Origin: Candidatus Binatia bacterium
GTDB lineage: Bacteria; Desulfobacterota; Binatia; UBA9968; JAJDTQ01
Length of the DNA: 64,000 bases
NCBI GenBank assembly: GCA_963666515.2
Contig: OY762897.2
Location: 672,001 to 736,000 of the forward strand
Reading direction: 5' to 3'
The position numbers and the translations under genes are program-made. Below, piece by piece: positions 1 through 9,687 of this stretch (position 1 is the first letter of the stretch; every line of letters begins with the position of its first letter). The notes beneath the pieces are model-generated. The model had not been told where the DNA came from and searched no databases. It saw only the letters and a program-made list of their open reading frames with translations.

Positions 1-222
1 CGGATCGTCGATGACCCAGCGGCCGATCGGATCGTCGCGGTTCGCAAGCGCATGCGGCTCAGCCGACAGAAGTTCGCCGACCGTTTCGGTCTGGATGTCC
101 GCGCGTTACAGGACTGGGAACAAGGGCGGCGTGTCCCCGACCGCGCAGCCCGTGTACTGTTGACCGTCATTGATCGCGAACCCGATGCCGTCGTGCGGGC
201 GCTTGGCAGCGTCGGCACATGA
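1..222 (+). CDS. Partial (5'-truncated by window) XRE/HigA-like helix-turn-helix protein
   Basis: Frame +1 reads [52 protein letters not shown], a classic XRE HTH with WEQGRRxP; TGA at 220-222; not in the ORF track. Confidence 0.85.
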   Translation, partial: RIVDDPAADRIVAVRKRMRLSRQKFADRFGLDVRALQDWEQGRRVPDRAARVLLTVIDREPDAVVRALGSVGT

Positions 223-312
223 AGACGAAACAACCTCTCCGTTGAACTGTGGGAGAACGCCATATTGTTCGGACTGTTTAGCGCGGCTACCAAGCTCGGT
301 GTTTCGTCGGCT

Positions 313-430
313 GGTTTCGCCAAGAGCGACCGGGAGAACCTGCACCGGAACGAGCTTGAGGTTTTCAGGCTGCTGGCCGACGAGTATCTGGCGCTGGACG
401 GAGCGGGCCTGACGGCCGCGCAGGCCGCCG
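313..430 (+). pseudogene. C-terminal fragment of a RelE/HigB-like toxin
   Basis: GFAKSDRENLHRNELEVFRLLADEYLAL resembles the C-terminal end of RelE-like toxins; the N-terminal part is missing. Confidence 0.55.
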
Positions 431-625
431 GTGCGGGAGATGACACCGGAGGACATCCGCACGCTGCGTCTGCGCGAGCAGGCGAGCCAGGCGGTGTTCG
501 CGCGCCATCTCAACGTGACCACGGGCCTGGTGAGCCAGTGGGAGCGCGGCGAGAAGCGCCCGCGCGGCGCGTCGCTGAAGCTCCTCACGTTGGTGGCGAA
601 GAACGGGCTCAGAGCCGTTGTCTGA
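431..625 (+). CDS. Short or N-truncated XRE HTH antitoxin-like protein
   Basis: MTPEDIRTLRLREQASQAVFARHLNVTTGLVSQWERGEKRPRGASLKLL is a typical HigA/YiaG-type HTH. Confidence 0.75.
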   Translation: MREMTPEDIRTLRLREQASQAVFARHLNVTTGLVSQWERGEKRPRGASLKLLTLVAKNGLRAVV

Positions 626-639
626 GGTTTTGATGCGTA

Positions 640-1956
640 TTACCGCATCAGCCCGGGCAGAAAGGTGGCGATCGGCGGGAACAGCATGACCAGGGCGAGG
701 GCGATGATGTTGATGAGCACGAAGGGGATGACGCCGCGGTAGATGGCGCCCAGGGTGACGTCGGGCGGGGAGACGCCCTTCAGGACGAAGAGGTTCATGC
801 CGAAGGGTGGGGTGATGAGCGACAGCTCGATGTTAACCATGGTGACGATGGCGAACCACAGGGGGTCGAGGCCCAGGGAGCGGATGACCGGGAAGAAGAT
901 CGGCACCGTGATGAGCATGATGGAGATGGGCTCCATGAACGCGCCCATGATGAGGATCACGATCTGCATGCTGGCGATGATGATCCACGGCGACACCGGC
1001 AGCTCGGTGGCAAACATCGAAAGGCCCATGGCGGCGCCGGAATGGGCCAGGATCTGGCTAAAGGCGGTGGCGCTGGTGACGATGAGCAGGGCGAATCCCG
1101 AGACTTCGACCGTTCCCAGCAGGGCCTTGCGCAGGATCTCCCACGACAGACGCCGGTAGGCCACTGCCAGGCAGAAAGCTCCGGCCACGCCCATGGCCGC
1201 GGATTCGCTGGGGGTGGCGATGCCCATGAAGATCGACCCCAGCACCACCAGCACGAGCACCACCAGCGGCAGGAAGTACAGGAGCGCGTTCAGGCGCTCG
1301 CTCCAGGACACTCTCTCCAGCTCAACGGCCGGCGCCAAATCCGGCCGGACAGTGCAGACGATGACGATGTAGCCGAACAGCAGCGTCGCCAGCAGCAGTC
1401 CGGGCAGGATTCCGCCAATCAGCAGATCCCCCACCGAGAGCTGGCTGATGCCGCCGAAGATCACCATCAGCGCGCTGGGAGGGATCAGCACCGCGAGCCC
1501 GCCGGAGGTGGCGAGGGTGCCCACGGCGAGGCCGGTGTCGTAGCCCTGCTTGCGCATCTCCGGCACCAGGATCGTGCCCAGGGTGGCCGAGCTGGCCATG
1601 CTGGAGCCGCTGCCGGCGCCGAACGCCGTGCCCGCGAGCACGGCCAGAACGGCGAGGCGGCCGGGCACCTTGCCCAGCCACTTGCCGATGGAGGTGATGG
1701 CGAGAGCGGCCAGACCCGAATGAAGCACCAACTCGCCCATGAGCACGAACAGCGGCAGGGCGATGAACGCGAAGGTGCCGATGCTCGTGAAGCTGCTGAG
1801 GGCGATGGCCTGGACCGCGCCCGGGCCCACCAGCACGTAGAGGAACCCGAGGTTCAGCACACCGAACGCGAACGCGATCGGGATGCCCGACGCCATGAGC
1901 ACGATCAGGGCGCCGAACATGATGACCAGAACGATCCACCACTCGAGGAAGATCAG
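640..1956 (-). CDS. dctM: TRAP transporter large permease (start uncertain: CTG at 1956 or ATG at 1920)
   Basis: Many TM segments; ALPLFVLMGEL, LIPPS, ATPSESAA and ITPPFGMNLFV motifs; follows dctQ and dctP. Confidence 0.92.
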   Translation of the reverse strand: MIFLEWWIVLVIMFGALIVLMASGIPIAFAFGVLNLGFLYVLVGPGAVQAIALSSFTSIGTFAFIALPLFVLMGELVLHSGLAALAITSIGKWLGKVPGRLAVLAVLAGTAFGAGSGSSMASSATLGTILVPEMRKQGYDTGLAVGTLATSGGLAVLIPPSALMVIFGGISQLSVGDLLIGGILPGLLLATLLFGYIVIVCTVRPDLAPAVELERVSWSERLNALLYFLPLVVLVLVVLGSIFMGIATPSESAAMGVAGAFCLAVAYRRLSWEILRKALLGTVEVSGFALLIVTSATAFSQILAHSGAAMGLSMFATELPVSPWIIIASMQIVILIMGAFMEPISIMLITVPIFFPVIRSLGLDPLWFAIVTMVNIELSLITPPFGMNLFVLKGVSPPDVTLGAIYRGVIPFVLINIIALALVMLFPPIATFLPGLMR

Positions 1957-2468
1957 AGGCCTCCCTTCTCGGAAGTCGTTGCGGCGTGCGCGCGCGATCC
2001 GGTGAGGATTCTGACCAGGAAGGCGAGGCCCAGCCACGCGGCCCCGATGGGGATGATCACCAGCACCGGGAACTTCGGGAGGTTGAGCGCGGTGGAGAAC
2101 CGGTAGCCGTTCTCGAACGCGTGCCACGCCACCACCCAGCCCTGCCACGCGAGCACCACGCAGTAGATGAGCCCCAGGAAGTCGGTGACGACCCGCAGCC
2201 TGCCTTGCGATGCCGGGCTGAGCCGTGCGGTCACGATCTCCACCTTCACGTGGTGGTCGTTCATGAGGATCCACGCGGCCGGGACGAAGCAGAGATAGAC
2301 GAGCAGGTATTCGTTGATGTCGAGAACCCAGATGGTTGGTGCGGCGAAGAGCATGCGGGCGAGCACGTCGTAGAGAACGGTCACCGCCATGGTCACGACG
2401 AACGCGGCGGAGACGTATCCCAGCACGCGGTTCGTCCTGTCGAATGCGCGGTTCAGCGTATTCAGCAT
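1953..2468 (-). CDS. dctQ: TRAP transporter small permease
   Basis: 171 aa with 4 TM segments, HVKVEI motif, located between dctP and dctM. Confidence 0.9.
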   Translation of the reverse strand: MLNTLNRAFDRTNRVLGYVSAAFVVTMAVTVLYDVLARMLFAAPTIWVLDINEYLLVYLCFVPAAWILMNDHHVKVEIVTARLSPASQGRLRVVTDFLGLIYCVVLAWQGWVVAWHAFENGYRFSTALNLPKFPVLVIIPIGAAWLGLAFLVRILTGSRAHAATTSEKGGL

Positions 2469-2559
2469 GGAGGTGGTCCTACTTCGTAGGACAGGAGGGC
2501 GTCGGCTGCCCTGTCATGCAGGCCGGCAGCCGACGCGGATCAGGTCCGGACGGCCCGGA

Positions 2560-3576
2560 TCAGTTGTAGGGCGCCAGGGCCTTCTGGATCTGCGCGCCGT
2601 ACTTGGGCGATTGCTTGAGCAGCTCGGGCCAGTAGGCGTTGCGGGCTTCGCCCAGCCGCTTCTTGGCTGCGTCGTCCACCTCGATCACCTTCATGCCGTT
2701 CTTCTCGAGCCGCTTGATTGCCGCGTTGTCGTTGGTCTGGAAGTACTTGAGAATCCCGGGCTCCATGTCCACGATGGTCCCCTCCAGCACCTTCTTCACG
2801 TTGTCCGGCAGCTTGTCCCACTTCCCCGTCGGCATGTAGACGCCGCCCGGCGCGAACTGGATGGGCGTGGCGATCATGGCCTTGTAGACCTTGTGCTCGC
2901 CGAAGCTCCAGGCGTCGTTGGGCGCGCGGTAGGCGCCGTCCACCACACCGCGCTGCAGCGCCGTGTACAGCTCGTTGGCCGGCAGGGTCTGGGGCGAGCC
3001 TCCGAGATACTGGATGGCGGCGGCATCCTGGGCCCCCGAGGCGCGGATGCGCTTGCCCTTGATGCCGTCGAGGTCCTTGATGGGCGTGGCCATGAGGAAG
3101 CGGAAGCCGGTGCCGGCCACGGTGATGCCCAGGAAGCGCATGGACGATTTCTCCCGGTAGGCCTTGTTGATGATATCCAGGGCGCCGCTCTTGCGCAGGC
3201 CGTCCAGGAAACCCTGCAGGCTCTTGGGCGCGATCAGGCTCACGGCCGCGGCCTCGACGGTCTCGCCCACGTAGTAGGCGGGCGCGGAGTTGGTCATGTC
3301 GGCGATGCCGGTGCGCAGAGCCTGGAACTGCTCGAACGCGGAGGCCACCTCGTTCCCGCCCAGCAGCCGGATCTGCACCACGCCCTTGCCGCGCTTGTTC
3401 ACTTCCTTGATGTAGTTCTTGTACCAGGTGTTGCCGTCGATGCTCAGCGGCCAAGCCGAGATGGCGCGGATGACCACCTCCTTGCCGTCGGCCGGCGCGG
3501 CGGCGGTGAGGGTCCACACGGGGACGGCCAGCAACAGGGCGAGCAGGGAGACTCTCGCGAGGGATTTCGTACGCAT
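2560..3576 (-). CDS. dctP: TRAP transporter substrate-binding protein
   Basis: Signal peptide; IKGKRIR and ELYTALQRGVVDG motifs. Confidence 0.92.
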   Translation of the reverse strand: MRTKSLARVSLLALLLAVPVWTLTAAAPADGKEVVIRAISAWPLSIDGNTWYKNYIKEVNKRGKGVVQIRLLGGNEVASAFEQFQALRTGIADMTNSAPAYYVGETVEAAAVSLIAPKSLQGFLDGLRKSGALDIINKAYREKSSMRFLGITVAGTGFRFLMATPIKDLDGIKGKRIRASGAQDAAAIQYLGGSPQTLPANELYTALQRGVVDGAYRAPNDAWSFGEHKVYKAMIATPIQFAPGGVYMPTGKWDKLPDNVKKVLEGTIVDMEPGILKYFQTNDNAAIKRLEKNGMKVIEVDDAAKKRLGEARNAYWPELLKQSPKYGAQIQKALAPYN

Positions 3577-3589
3577 GGTTAACCTCCGG

Positions 3590-4093
3590 TTATGAGATCG
3601 CCTCGTAGGGGTAGCGCTTCACCTTCTCCATGTTCTTGCCCTCGATCCTGATCAGCTTGGTGGTATCTGCGCGCCAGGGCGAATGGAGATCCCCTTCGTT
3701 GTACAAGTGAGCCATGCCGCGCTTGAGGGTATAGGTGCGCAGCTTGCGGGCCTTGCCCTTCTTCCCGTCGCTCGCGGGCTCGACCTTCTCCCAGTCGGTC
3801 ATCTCGGTCTCGCCTGAGGCCTGGCCGTAGATGGCCCAGGCCGGACCGTGGTCGTGGGGGTTGCTGCCCTTGGCCCCCTTGTTGTGGTGCGCAAGGATGC
3901 AGAAACCCAACTCGGAATCTTCGTAGATCACCTTGCGCTCCGGCTGGTCATCTTCGATGTGCTCGGCGATGAATTCATCGTCCTTGCAGATATCTTCGAC
4001 CAACGAAACGATCTTCTGCCGCCCCTCGGGTCCTGGCTCCGCCTTGAGAATGCGATGACAGTCTGCAGCGAACTGTTCCAGCGTATGGCTCAT
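3590..4093 (-). CDS. Cupin, cysteine/thiol-dioxygenase-like protein
   Basis: Start MSHTLEQF at 4093 after a GGAG; PHDH...WAIYG and distal LHSP give a 3-His metal site. Confidence 0.65.
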   Translation of the reverse strand: MSHTLEQFAADCHRILKAEPGPEGRQKIVSLVEDICKDDEFIAEHIEDDQPERKVIYEDSELGFCILAHHNKGAKGSNPHDHGPAWAIYGQASGETEMTDWEKVEPASDGKKGKARKLRTYTLKRGMAHLYNEGDLHSPWRADTTKLIRIEGKNMEKVKRYPYEAIS

Positions 4094-4187
4094 GATACGA
4101 CTCCTTCGAATGAGAAATGGCGGGCCCGAACGGCCCGCGTATCCGCATTTTGAATCCTTGTACGCTTTCCACCGCGAGGGTGTCAAG

Positions 4188-5180
4188 CTACTCCGCCCAA
4201 CCAACAATGGGCGTGAACAGGTCCTCCAGCGCCGGCCTGGGCTCCGCCACGAACCCCTGCTCGACGAGGTACTGCATGAACGTGTCCAGCGTGCCGCGGT
4301 TGGCCTCCACCCCGTAAGGATAGGGGTCGCCGCCGAACAGCTCGCGGATCTCGTCCATCTCGGCGTTGAGCCAGGGGACCATGTACATCATGGCGCCGCT
4401 GAAGCTCATGTGCTCCAGCACCCATGCCTTGGCCGCCTGGAACGCCTTGAACATGCTCTCGGCGATCCACGGGTGTTGCGCGTGAAGCTCCTCGCGCATG
4501 ACGATGGTGTGCATGATGGGGAAGATGCCGGTGGCCCGGAAGTACTCCCGCTCGGCCCGCCTGTAGTCCGGGAAGAGCCGCGCGACGGCCGGGTTCTTCC
4601 CCAGGGAATCCGGCTGCCGCGCGCCCAGGTAGGCGGCGATGTCGCCCGCCGCCAGCAGGTCGTTGATGGACTTGTCCGAAGGCGCCGTTTCCAGATCCAG
4701 GCTGCCCAGCGGCCTCAGGTCCACCTCGTCGTCCGGCGGCCGCGGCGCGTTGACGCCGCCCTCGACCCAACGGATCCCGGACAGGTCGACGCCGTGGCGG
4801 TGCTGCAGGATGCCGCGTATCCACACGGCCGCGGTCTGGCCGTACTCCTGCACGCCCACGCGCTTGCCGTTGAGGTCCGCAGGCTCGACAATGTCCAGGT
4901 CCCGGTTCACGTACACGTAGGCGTGCCGGAAGAGCCGCGACGGGAACACCGGCAGCGCGATGAACGGGAACGAGCCGCGCGAGCGCCGGCTGAGGTAGGT
5001 GGACAGCGACATCTCGCACAGGTCGAAGGCCCGGGTCTTCATCATGCGGGTGAATATCTCCGGTGGCGACTGGATCTGGAGGCAGGTGACGTCGATGCCC
5101 TCGGGCCGCACCTCGCCCTTGGCGATGGCTTCGACGCGGTCATACGGGCCGGTGGCAAGGGTCAATGAGAGATTCCCCAA
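4188..5180 (-). CDS. 4,5-dihydroxyphthalate decarboxylase (PhtD)-like / periplasmic-binding-fold protein, paralog 1
   Basis: YDR, FDxxEMSLS, PVFPSRLFRH, GKRVGVQEY, GIFPIMH and PYGVEANR motifs; no signal peptide. Confidence 0.85.
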   Translation of the reverse strand: MGNLSLTLATGPYDRVEAIAKGEVRPEGIDVTCLQIQSPPEIFTRMMKTRAFDLCEMSLSTYLSRRSRGSFPFIALPVFPSRLFRHAYVYVNRDLDIVEPADLNGKRVGVQEYGQTAAVWIRGILQHRHGVDLSGIRWVEGGVNAPRPPDDEVDLRPLGSLDLETAPSDKSINDLLAAGDIAAYLGARQPDSLGKNPAVARLFPDYRRAEREYFRATGIFPIMHTIVMREELHAQHPWIAESMFKAFQAAKAWVLEHMSFSGAMMYMVPWLNAEMDEIRELFGGDPYPYGVEANRGTLDTFMQYLVEQGFVAEPRPALEDLFTPIVGWAE

Positions 5181-5382
5181 AGTCGTTTCCTCCGTGGCAA
5201 GGTCTCCCGCGCGATTTTTGCATCGGCGACATGCAGCCTATATGATAGCGGCGAAAGCGCGGGCGGCTGCGTGGCGAGCCGGTTTTTCGTCGGCTTTCGA
5301 GTTCGAAGGCAGCTTTCCAAAGTCGGGCGGAAACCGCAAGGTTCGCCCCATGATCGCCAATCCAACGTGTCGGGAGTCTTTC

Positions 5383-6378
5383 ATGCAGATGCAGTTCAGT
5401 CTCCACAGTCCCAACGGAGGCTTGAAGGAAGCGGAGCGGATCCGCGACCGCGTGGTGCGTGCGGAGCAGCTCGGCTTCGAGGGCATCTACCTCGGTTGCA
5501 GCCAGCTCAGCACCCCGGAGCCGTTCCAGATACTGGCCGTTTGCGCGGTGGCCACGAATCGCCTGAAGCTCGGCACCGCCGTCACCAACATGGTGTACCA
5601 GGACCCCACCGTCCTGGCGGGGTCGGCCGCGACCCTGAGCGACATCTCCGACGGCCGCGCCGTTCTCGGCCTGGGCACCGGCGACGGACCCGTGTACGCC
5701 ATGGGCCGCAGGGCCACCCGGCTCAAGGAGTTCGAGGAAGGCGTGCGCACCATCCGCAATGTCCTCCAGGGCGGCGAGCTGGTGACCCCCAACAACCGCG
5801 TGCGCGTGAACTACCGGATGCTGCCCACGCCCGTGTACCTCTCCATGGAGGGACCCAAGGGCCTGCGGCTGGCGGGACGGGTAGCCGACGGCGTGTTTCT
5901 CGGCAGCGGCGTGGAGCCCCGCGCGGTGAGCTGGGCGCTGGCGCGCATCGCCGAGGGCGCGGCCGAGGCCGGGCGCTCGCCGGACGAGATCGCCACCCTG
6001 GCCTGCGGCATGGTGTGCATCAAGGACGACGGCGACGAGGCGCGCCAGATCGTGCGCCGCCGCCTTGCCAACCGCGCCCACCACAACTTCCAGTCCACCA
6101 TCGAGACCGTGCCCGAGGAGGAGATGGAGAGCATCGAGAAGTTCATGGCGGCCTTCGACCAGTCCAAGCCCATGGAGGAACGCTCCGACCCGGCGTTGAT
6201 CACCGACTATCTCGTGCGCCGCTTCGCCATTGCCGGCACCCCCAAGGAGTGCATCGAGCGCCTGGAGGAACTGGCGGACGCCGGCGTCAAGCGCGTCATG
6301 CTCACACCCGCGCGCAGAGTCTACGAGGAAACCGTGGAAGCCCTGGCGAAACAGGTGATGCCGGCATTCGCAGGCTAG
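5383..6378 (+). CDS. LLM-class flavin-dependent oxidoreductase (Mer-like)
   Basis: AEQLGFEG, LGTAVTN, SDGRAVLGLGTGD, LAGRVADG and GTPKEC motifs; start MQMQFS after GGAG. Confidence 0.9.
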   Translation: MQMQFSLHSPNGGLKEAERIRDRVVRAEQLGFEGIYLGCSQLSTPEPFQILAVCAVATNRLKLGTAVTNMVYQDPTVLAGSAATLSDISDGRAVLGLGTGDGPVYAMGRRATRLKEFEEGVRTIRNVLQGGELVTPNNRVRVNYRMLPTPVYLSMEGPKGLRLAGRVADGVFLGSGVEPRAVSWALARIAEGAAEAGRSPDEIATLACGMVCIKDDGDEARQIVRRRLANRAHHNFQSTIETVPEEEMESIEKFMAAFDQSKPMEERSDPALITDYLVRRFAIAGTPKECIERLEELADAGVKRVMLTPARRVYEETVEALAKQVMPAFAG

Positions 6379-6410
6379 GAGTCCGTCCGGGAAACCAGGC
6401 GGTACCAAGG

Positions 6411-6438
6411 GTAGGGGCGACCGGCCGGTCGCTCCTAC
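6411..6438. repeat. GTAG-type REP-like palindrome
   Basis: GTAGGGGCGACCGG/CCGGTCGCTCCTAC, 13 of 14 positions self-complementary, intergenic. Confidence 0.7.
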
Positions 6439-6487
6439 GGGAGTCCGCTGCCGCGCAGGCTCCCAGGAGCGACCACTGGGGAGACAC

Positions 6488-7501
6488 ATGCGATTCTATA
6501 TCAATATCCTCTCCACCTACTACCCGGACTTGGATCCGCCTTACGAGGTCTACTACCGGCAGATGCTGGAACAGATCGAGCTGGCCGAGGAGCTGGGGTT
6601 CGAGTGCTTCATGTTCAACGAGCACCATTTCCTGGGCTACGGCGGCCTCATCGCCAACCCCGCGGTGATGCTTGCCGCGGCCGCGACCCGCACGTCGCGC
6701 ATTCGTCTGGGTCCATGCATCGCCATCCTGAGTGTGCGGCATCCGCTGCAGGTGGCCGAGGACTACGCCATGGTGGACGCCATCTCGGGCGGCCGGCTGG
6801 AGTTCGGCATCGGGCTGGGCAACACGGCGCTGGACTACCGCGTCTTCGAGACTCCGCAGGAGGAGGGAAGGGCGCGATACCAGGAGGCCCACGACATCAT
6901 CACCAAGGCGTGGACACAAGAGCGTTTCAGCCACGAAGGGGAGTTCTGGAAGTTTGAGGAGATCACGCTCTACCCCCGGCCCGTGCAGAAGCCGCTGCCG
7001 CTCACCTGGGTGGCGGGTACGTCACCCGAGGGGCTCGGATGGGCCGGCCGCAACGGCTACCACATCATGACCGTGGGCCATCCCCATCCGCCGGACAAGG
7101 TTGGCGCCGGGGTGGCCGCGTGGCGCGAGGGCCTGCTGGCTTCGGGCCGCGACCCCGCGGACTACCACTGCCAGTACCATCTGCGCACCTACGTCAACGA
7201 GGACGCCGCGGTCGCCCGGGAGATCGGCGAGAAGGCCATCGACCGCTACGAGGCGATCTCCCAGATCCAGCGCAAGGCGCCCCCTCCTCCGGGTTTCGTT
7301 TATCCGTGGAAGGAGATGCTCGAGACCGGCCGTAATCTATACGGAACCCCGGATCAGTGCATCGAGATCATCCACAACGCTCGCCGCCACTACTACTTCG
7401 ACACCGTGACCCACAACTTCAACTTCGGCGGCCTCCCGCACGAGGAAGTGAAGAAGTCCATGCGCCTCTTCGCCCGGGAAGTCATGCCGGCGTTCCGGTG
7501 A
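6488..7501 (+). CDS. LLM-class flavin-dependent oxidoreductase (luciferase-like)
   Basis: AEELGF..FNEHHF, HPLQVAEDYAMVDAISGGRLEFGIG and FAREVMP motifs. Confidence 0.92.
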   Translation: MRFYINILSTYYPDLDPPYEVYYRQMLEQIELAEELGFECFMFNEHHFLGYGGLIANPAVMLAAAATRTSRIRLGPCIAILSVRHPLQVAEDYAMVDAISGGRLEFGIGLGNTALDYRVFETPQEEGRARYQEAHDIITKAWTQERFSHEGEFWKFEEITLYPRPVQKPLPLTWVAGTSPEGLGWAGRNGYHIMTVGHPHPPDKVGAGVAAWREGLLASGRDPADYHCQYHLRTYVNEDAAVAREIGEKAIDRYEAISQIQRKAPPPPGFVYPWKEMLETGRNLYGTPDQCIEIIHNARRHYYFDTVTHNFNFGGLPHEEVKKSMRLFAREVMPAFR

Positions 7502-7510
7502 CATCGTTCC

Positions 7511-8521
7511 TTACAGGTCCAGCGTGCTCGGTGCGAAGATCTCTTCCGGTGCGAGCTTGCGCGGCGTGAGCTTCTGCTCGAAGGAGTACTCGGTGAGGGT
7601 TTCGAGCATGGCGGCATTGTCCTTGATGCCGTAGGGGAAGGGGTCTTCTCCGACGATGGACCGCGTCTGCTCCAGGTATGCGGGACCGAAGAAAAGGTCC
7701 GATGGGATGGCGCGCGGCAGTTGCCCGAGCCAGTGTTCCTTGGCTTTTGTGAAGGCGGCGTAGAGGTTGAAGGCGAGCCACGGGTGCTTCTCATGCACGT
7801 CGCCGCGGATCACGTAGCAGTGGTTGATGGGGACGAACCCGTGAGCCTCCACGTAACGTTTCCCTTCCGCCATCATGTCCGGGAACAGCGGCCGGACCAA
7901 GCCTTCGTCGCCCTCCCGGCGGTCTCCGGTGGAACGGTCGATGACGTTACGCTCCGCGTGGAAGGTGCTGAGCAGCATGGCCGTGTCGAGCTCCCGGTTG
8001 ACCAGCATGGAGATCAGGCTCTTGTCATCGGGTATCCGGTGGAAGCGGATCCCCTCCGGCGGGGTAAACCCGGTTGCGCCGCCGTGGCTCAATGCCTCGC
8101 TGCGCTCCATGTACCAGTCTACGCCGTACTGGGACACGCCGAAGTCGTGCTCCAGGGTGCCGCGGGTCCACAGCGCCGCGGTCTGCTGGTATTCGCCCAC
8201 GCCAATACGCTTCCCCGCCAGCTCTTCAGCGTGCTCGATGCCGGAATCCTTATGGACGTAAAGCGCCAGGTGCATGAAGCGGCGCGAAGGAAACACGGGG
8301 ATGGCCACCATGTCGTGCCCCCGGGACTTGGCGATGAGCAGCGAGGACATGGACATCTCGGCGACCTCGAACTCGCCGAACTTGAGCTGCCGCCAGAAGG
8401 TCTCGGAAGGGTTCGAGTGGGTCCAGACCAACTCCACTCCTTCCACCGGAATGGTGCCGTCGAGAAGCGGGGCGATACGTTCGTACTTGGCGGAGACGAG
8501 GCTGAGCTGGAGTTTCTTCAT
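7511..8521 (-). CDS. PhtD-like / periplasmic-binding-fold protein, paralog 2
   Basis: FEVAEMSMSS, PVFPSRRFMH, GKRIGVGEYQQTA, PINH and PYGIKDN motifs. Confidence 0.85.
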   Translation of the reverse strand: MKKLQLSLVSAKYERIAPLLDGTIPVEGVELVWTHSNPSETFWRQLKFGEFEVAEMSMSSLLIAKSRGHDMVAIPVFPSRRFMHLALYVHKDSGIEHAEELAGKRIGVGEYQQTAALWTRGTLEHDFGVSQYGVDWYMERSEALSHGGATGFTPPEGIRFHRIPDDKSLISMLVNRELDTAMLLSTFHAERNVIDRSTGDRREGDEGLVRPLFPDMMAEGKRYVEAHGFVPINHCYVIRGDVHEKHPWLAFNLYAAFTKAKEHWLGQLPRAIPSDLFFGPAYLEQTRSIVGEDPFPYGIKDNAAMLETLTEYSFEQKLTPRKLAPEEIFAPSTLDL

Positions 8522-8592
8522 GTGCGCGGGTTACGGGACGGACCGTAGTGAGTGGTCCGTCCCGGGTCGGATGCGGTTGATGATCGGCTTCG

Positions 8593-9669
8593 CTACTGCG
8601 CCGTCACGCAGGCGGTGAGCACGGACGGAAGCTCGGCCATAACCGGCTCCCAGGAATCCCCGCGGTCGCGGGTGACGTAGAGGGCGCCGAGGCCGCGCTG
8701 CTTGGGATCGAAGCCGAAACCGCGGGCGCCGTCGCCCATGGCGGCGAAGACCGTATTCGCGTCTTCTGGGTGGCGCTGCAGCGTCCACGGCATGTACGGC
8801 ATCATCTCGGCGATGCCGTTGGTGGCGGTGCGCCAGGACGCGCCTTCGTCATCGCTCAGCATGATCACGCCGTGGGGGTTCGTGCTCTCGCCGCGCCACA
8901 CTCCAGGGGAACCGCGCCCGCCGCACACCATCATCCGCGGGGTGTCGCCCGGCAGGAAGTACCAGTCGTGGGTGTAGCTGTACTTCTCGGTGTAGCCCCA
9001 CGGCATGCCGTCCTCGACCCGGCGCCACTGCCGTCCGCGGTCGTCGCTGCGGAAGAAGCCCCGGGCGCACGATACGTAGTAGCGGTCCTTGCTGCCCGGA
9101 TAGTTGTAGATGTGGTGCATGTCGAGATAGTCGATGCCGCTGCTCGCGTCCTCCCAGGTCTTGCCCCGGTCCTCGCTACGCACGACGCCGCCGTGCTCCA
9201 GCGTCAACAGCAGGAGGTCCGAGTCGTCCGGATGGATCAAGATGTTGCAGACGTGCGGGAACTGCACGCCGACGTACGGCCCTGGGACGCACCACTGGTT
9301 CTGGACCTCCTCGGGCATCTGCTGCAGGCTCTCCAGGTTCTCCCAGGTGTCGCCGCCGTCCTCGCTGCGCATGAGCTGCACCGGACCCAGTCCGGCATAG
9401 ACCACGCGGTCGTCGCGGGGGTCCACCACGAAGCAGCGGGCGTCGCCCTCGATGACCCTCTTCCAGCTCTTGCCCGCGTCGTCGGTGCGGTAGGCGCCGT
9501 CGAAGGGCACGGCGGCGAAGACGCGCTCGGGCCGGGTCTTTGAGCCAGCCAGCCCGTCCACGGTCTGCCCCGGAAAATGCTCGGCGCACGCCTCCAACCC
9601 ACCGCCGCGATCCTCGTAGACGGTGAGCCCGCCGTTGAACGCCACGTAATAGCGGAGTGAATCGCTCAT
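8593..9669 (-). CDS. BNR/Asp-box repeat beta-propeller protein
   Basis: Repeated RxxDxGxxW Asp-boxes (RTDDAGKSW, RSEDGGDTW, RSEDRGKTW, RSDDRGRQW, TRDRGDSW); no signal peptide. Confidence 0.85.
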   Translation of the reverse strand: MSDSLRYYVAFNGGLTVYEDRGGGLEACAEHFPGQTVDGLAGSKTRPERVFAAVPFDGAYRTDDAGKSWKRVIEGDARCFVVDPRDDRVVYAGLGPVQLMRSEDGGDTWENLESLQQMPEEVQNQWCVPGPYVGVQFPHVCNILIHPDDSDLLLLTLEHGGVVRSEDRGKTWEDASSGIDYLDMHHIYNYPGSKDRYYVSCARGFFRSDDRGRQWRRVEDGMPWGYTEKYSYTHDWYFLPGDTPRMMVCGGRGSPGVWRGESTNPHGVIMLSDDEGASWRTATNGIAEMMPYMPWTLQRHPEDANTVFAAMGDGARGFGFDPKQRGLGALYVTRDRGDSWEPVMAELPSVLTACVTAQ

Positions 9670-9687
9670 CGGTCTCTCCTTTCCTCT

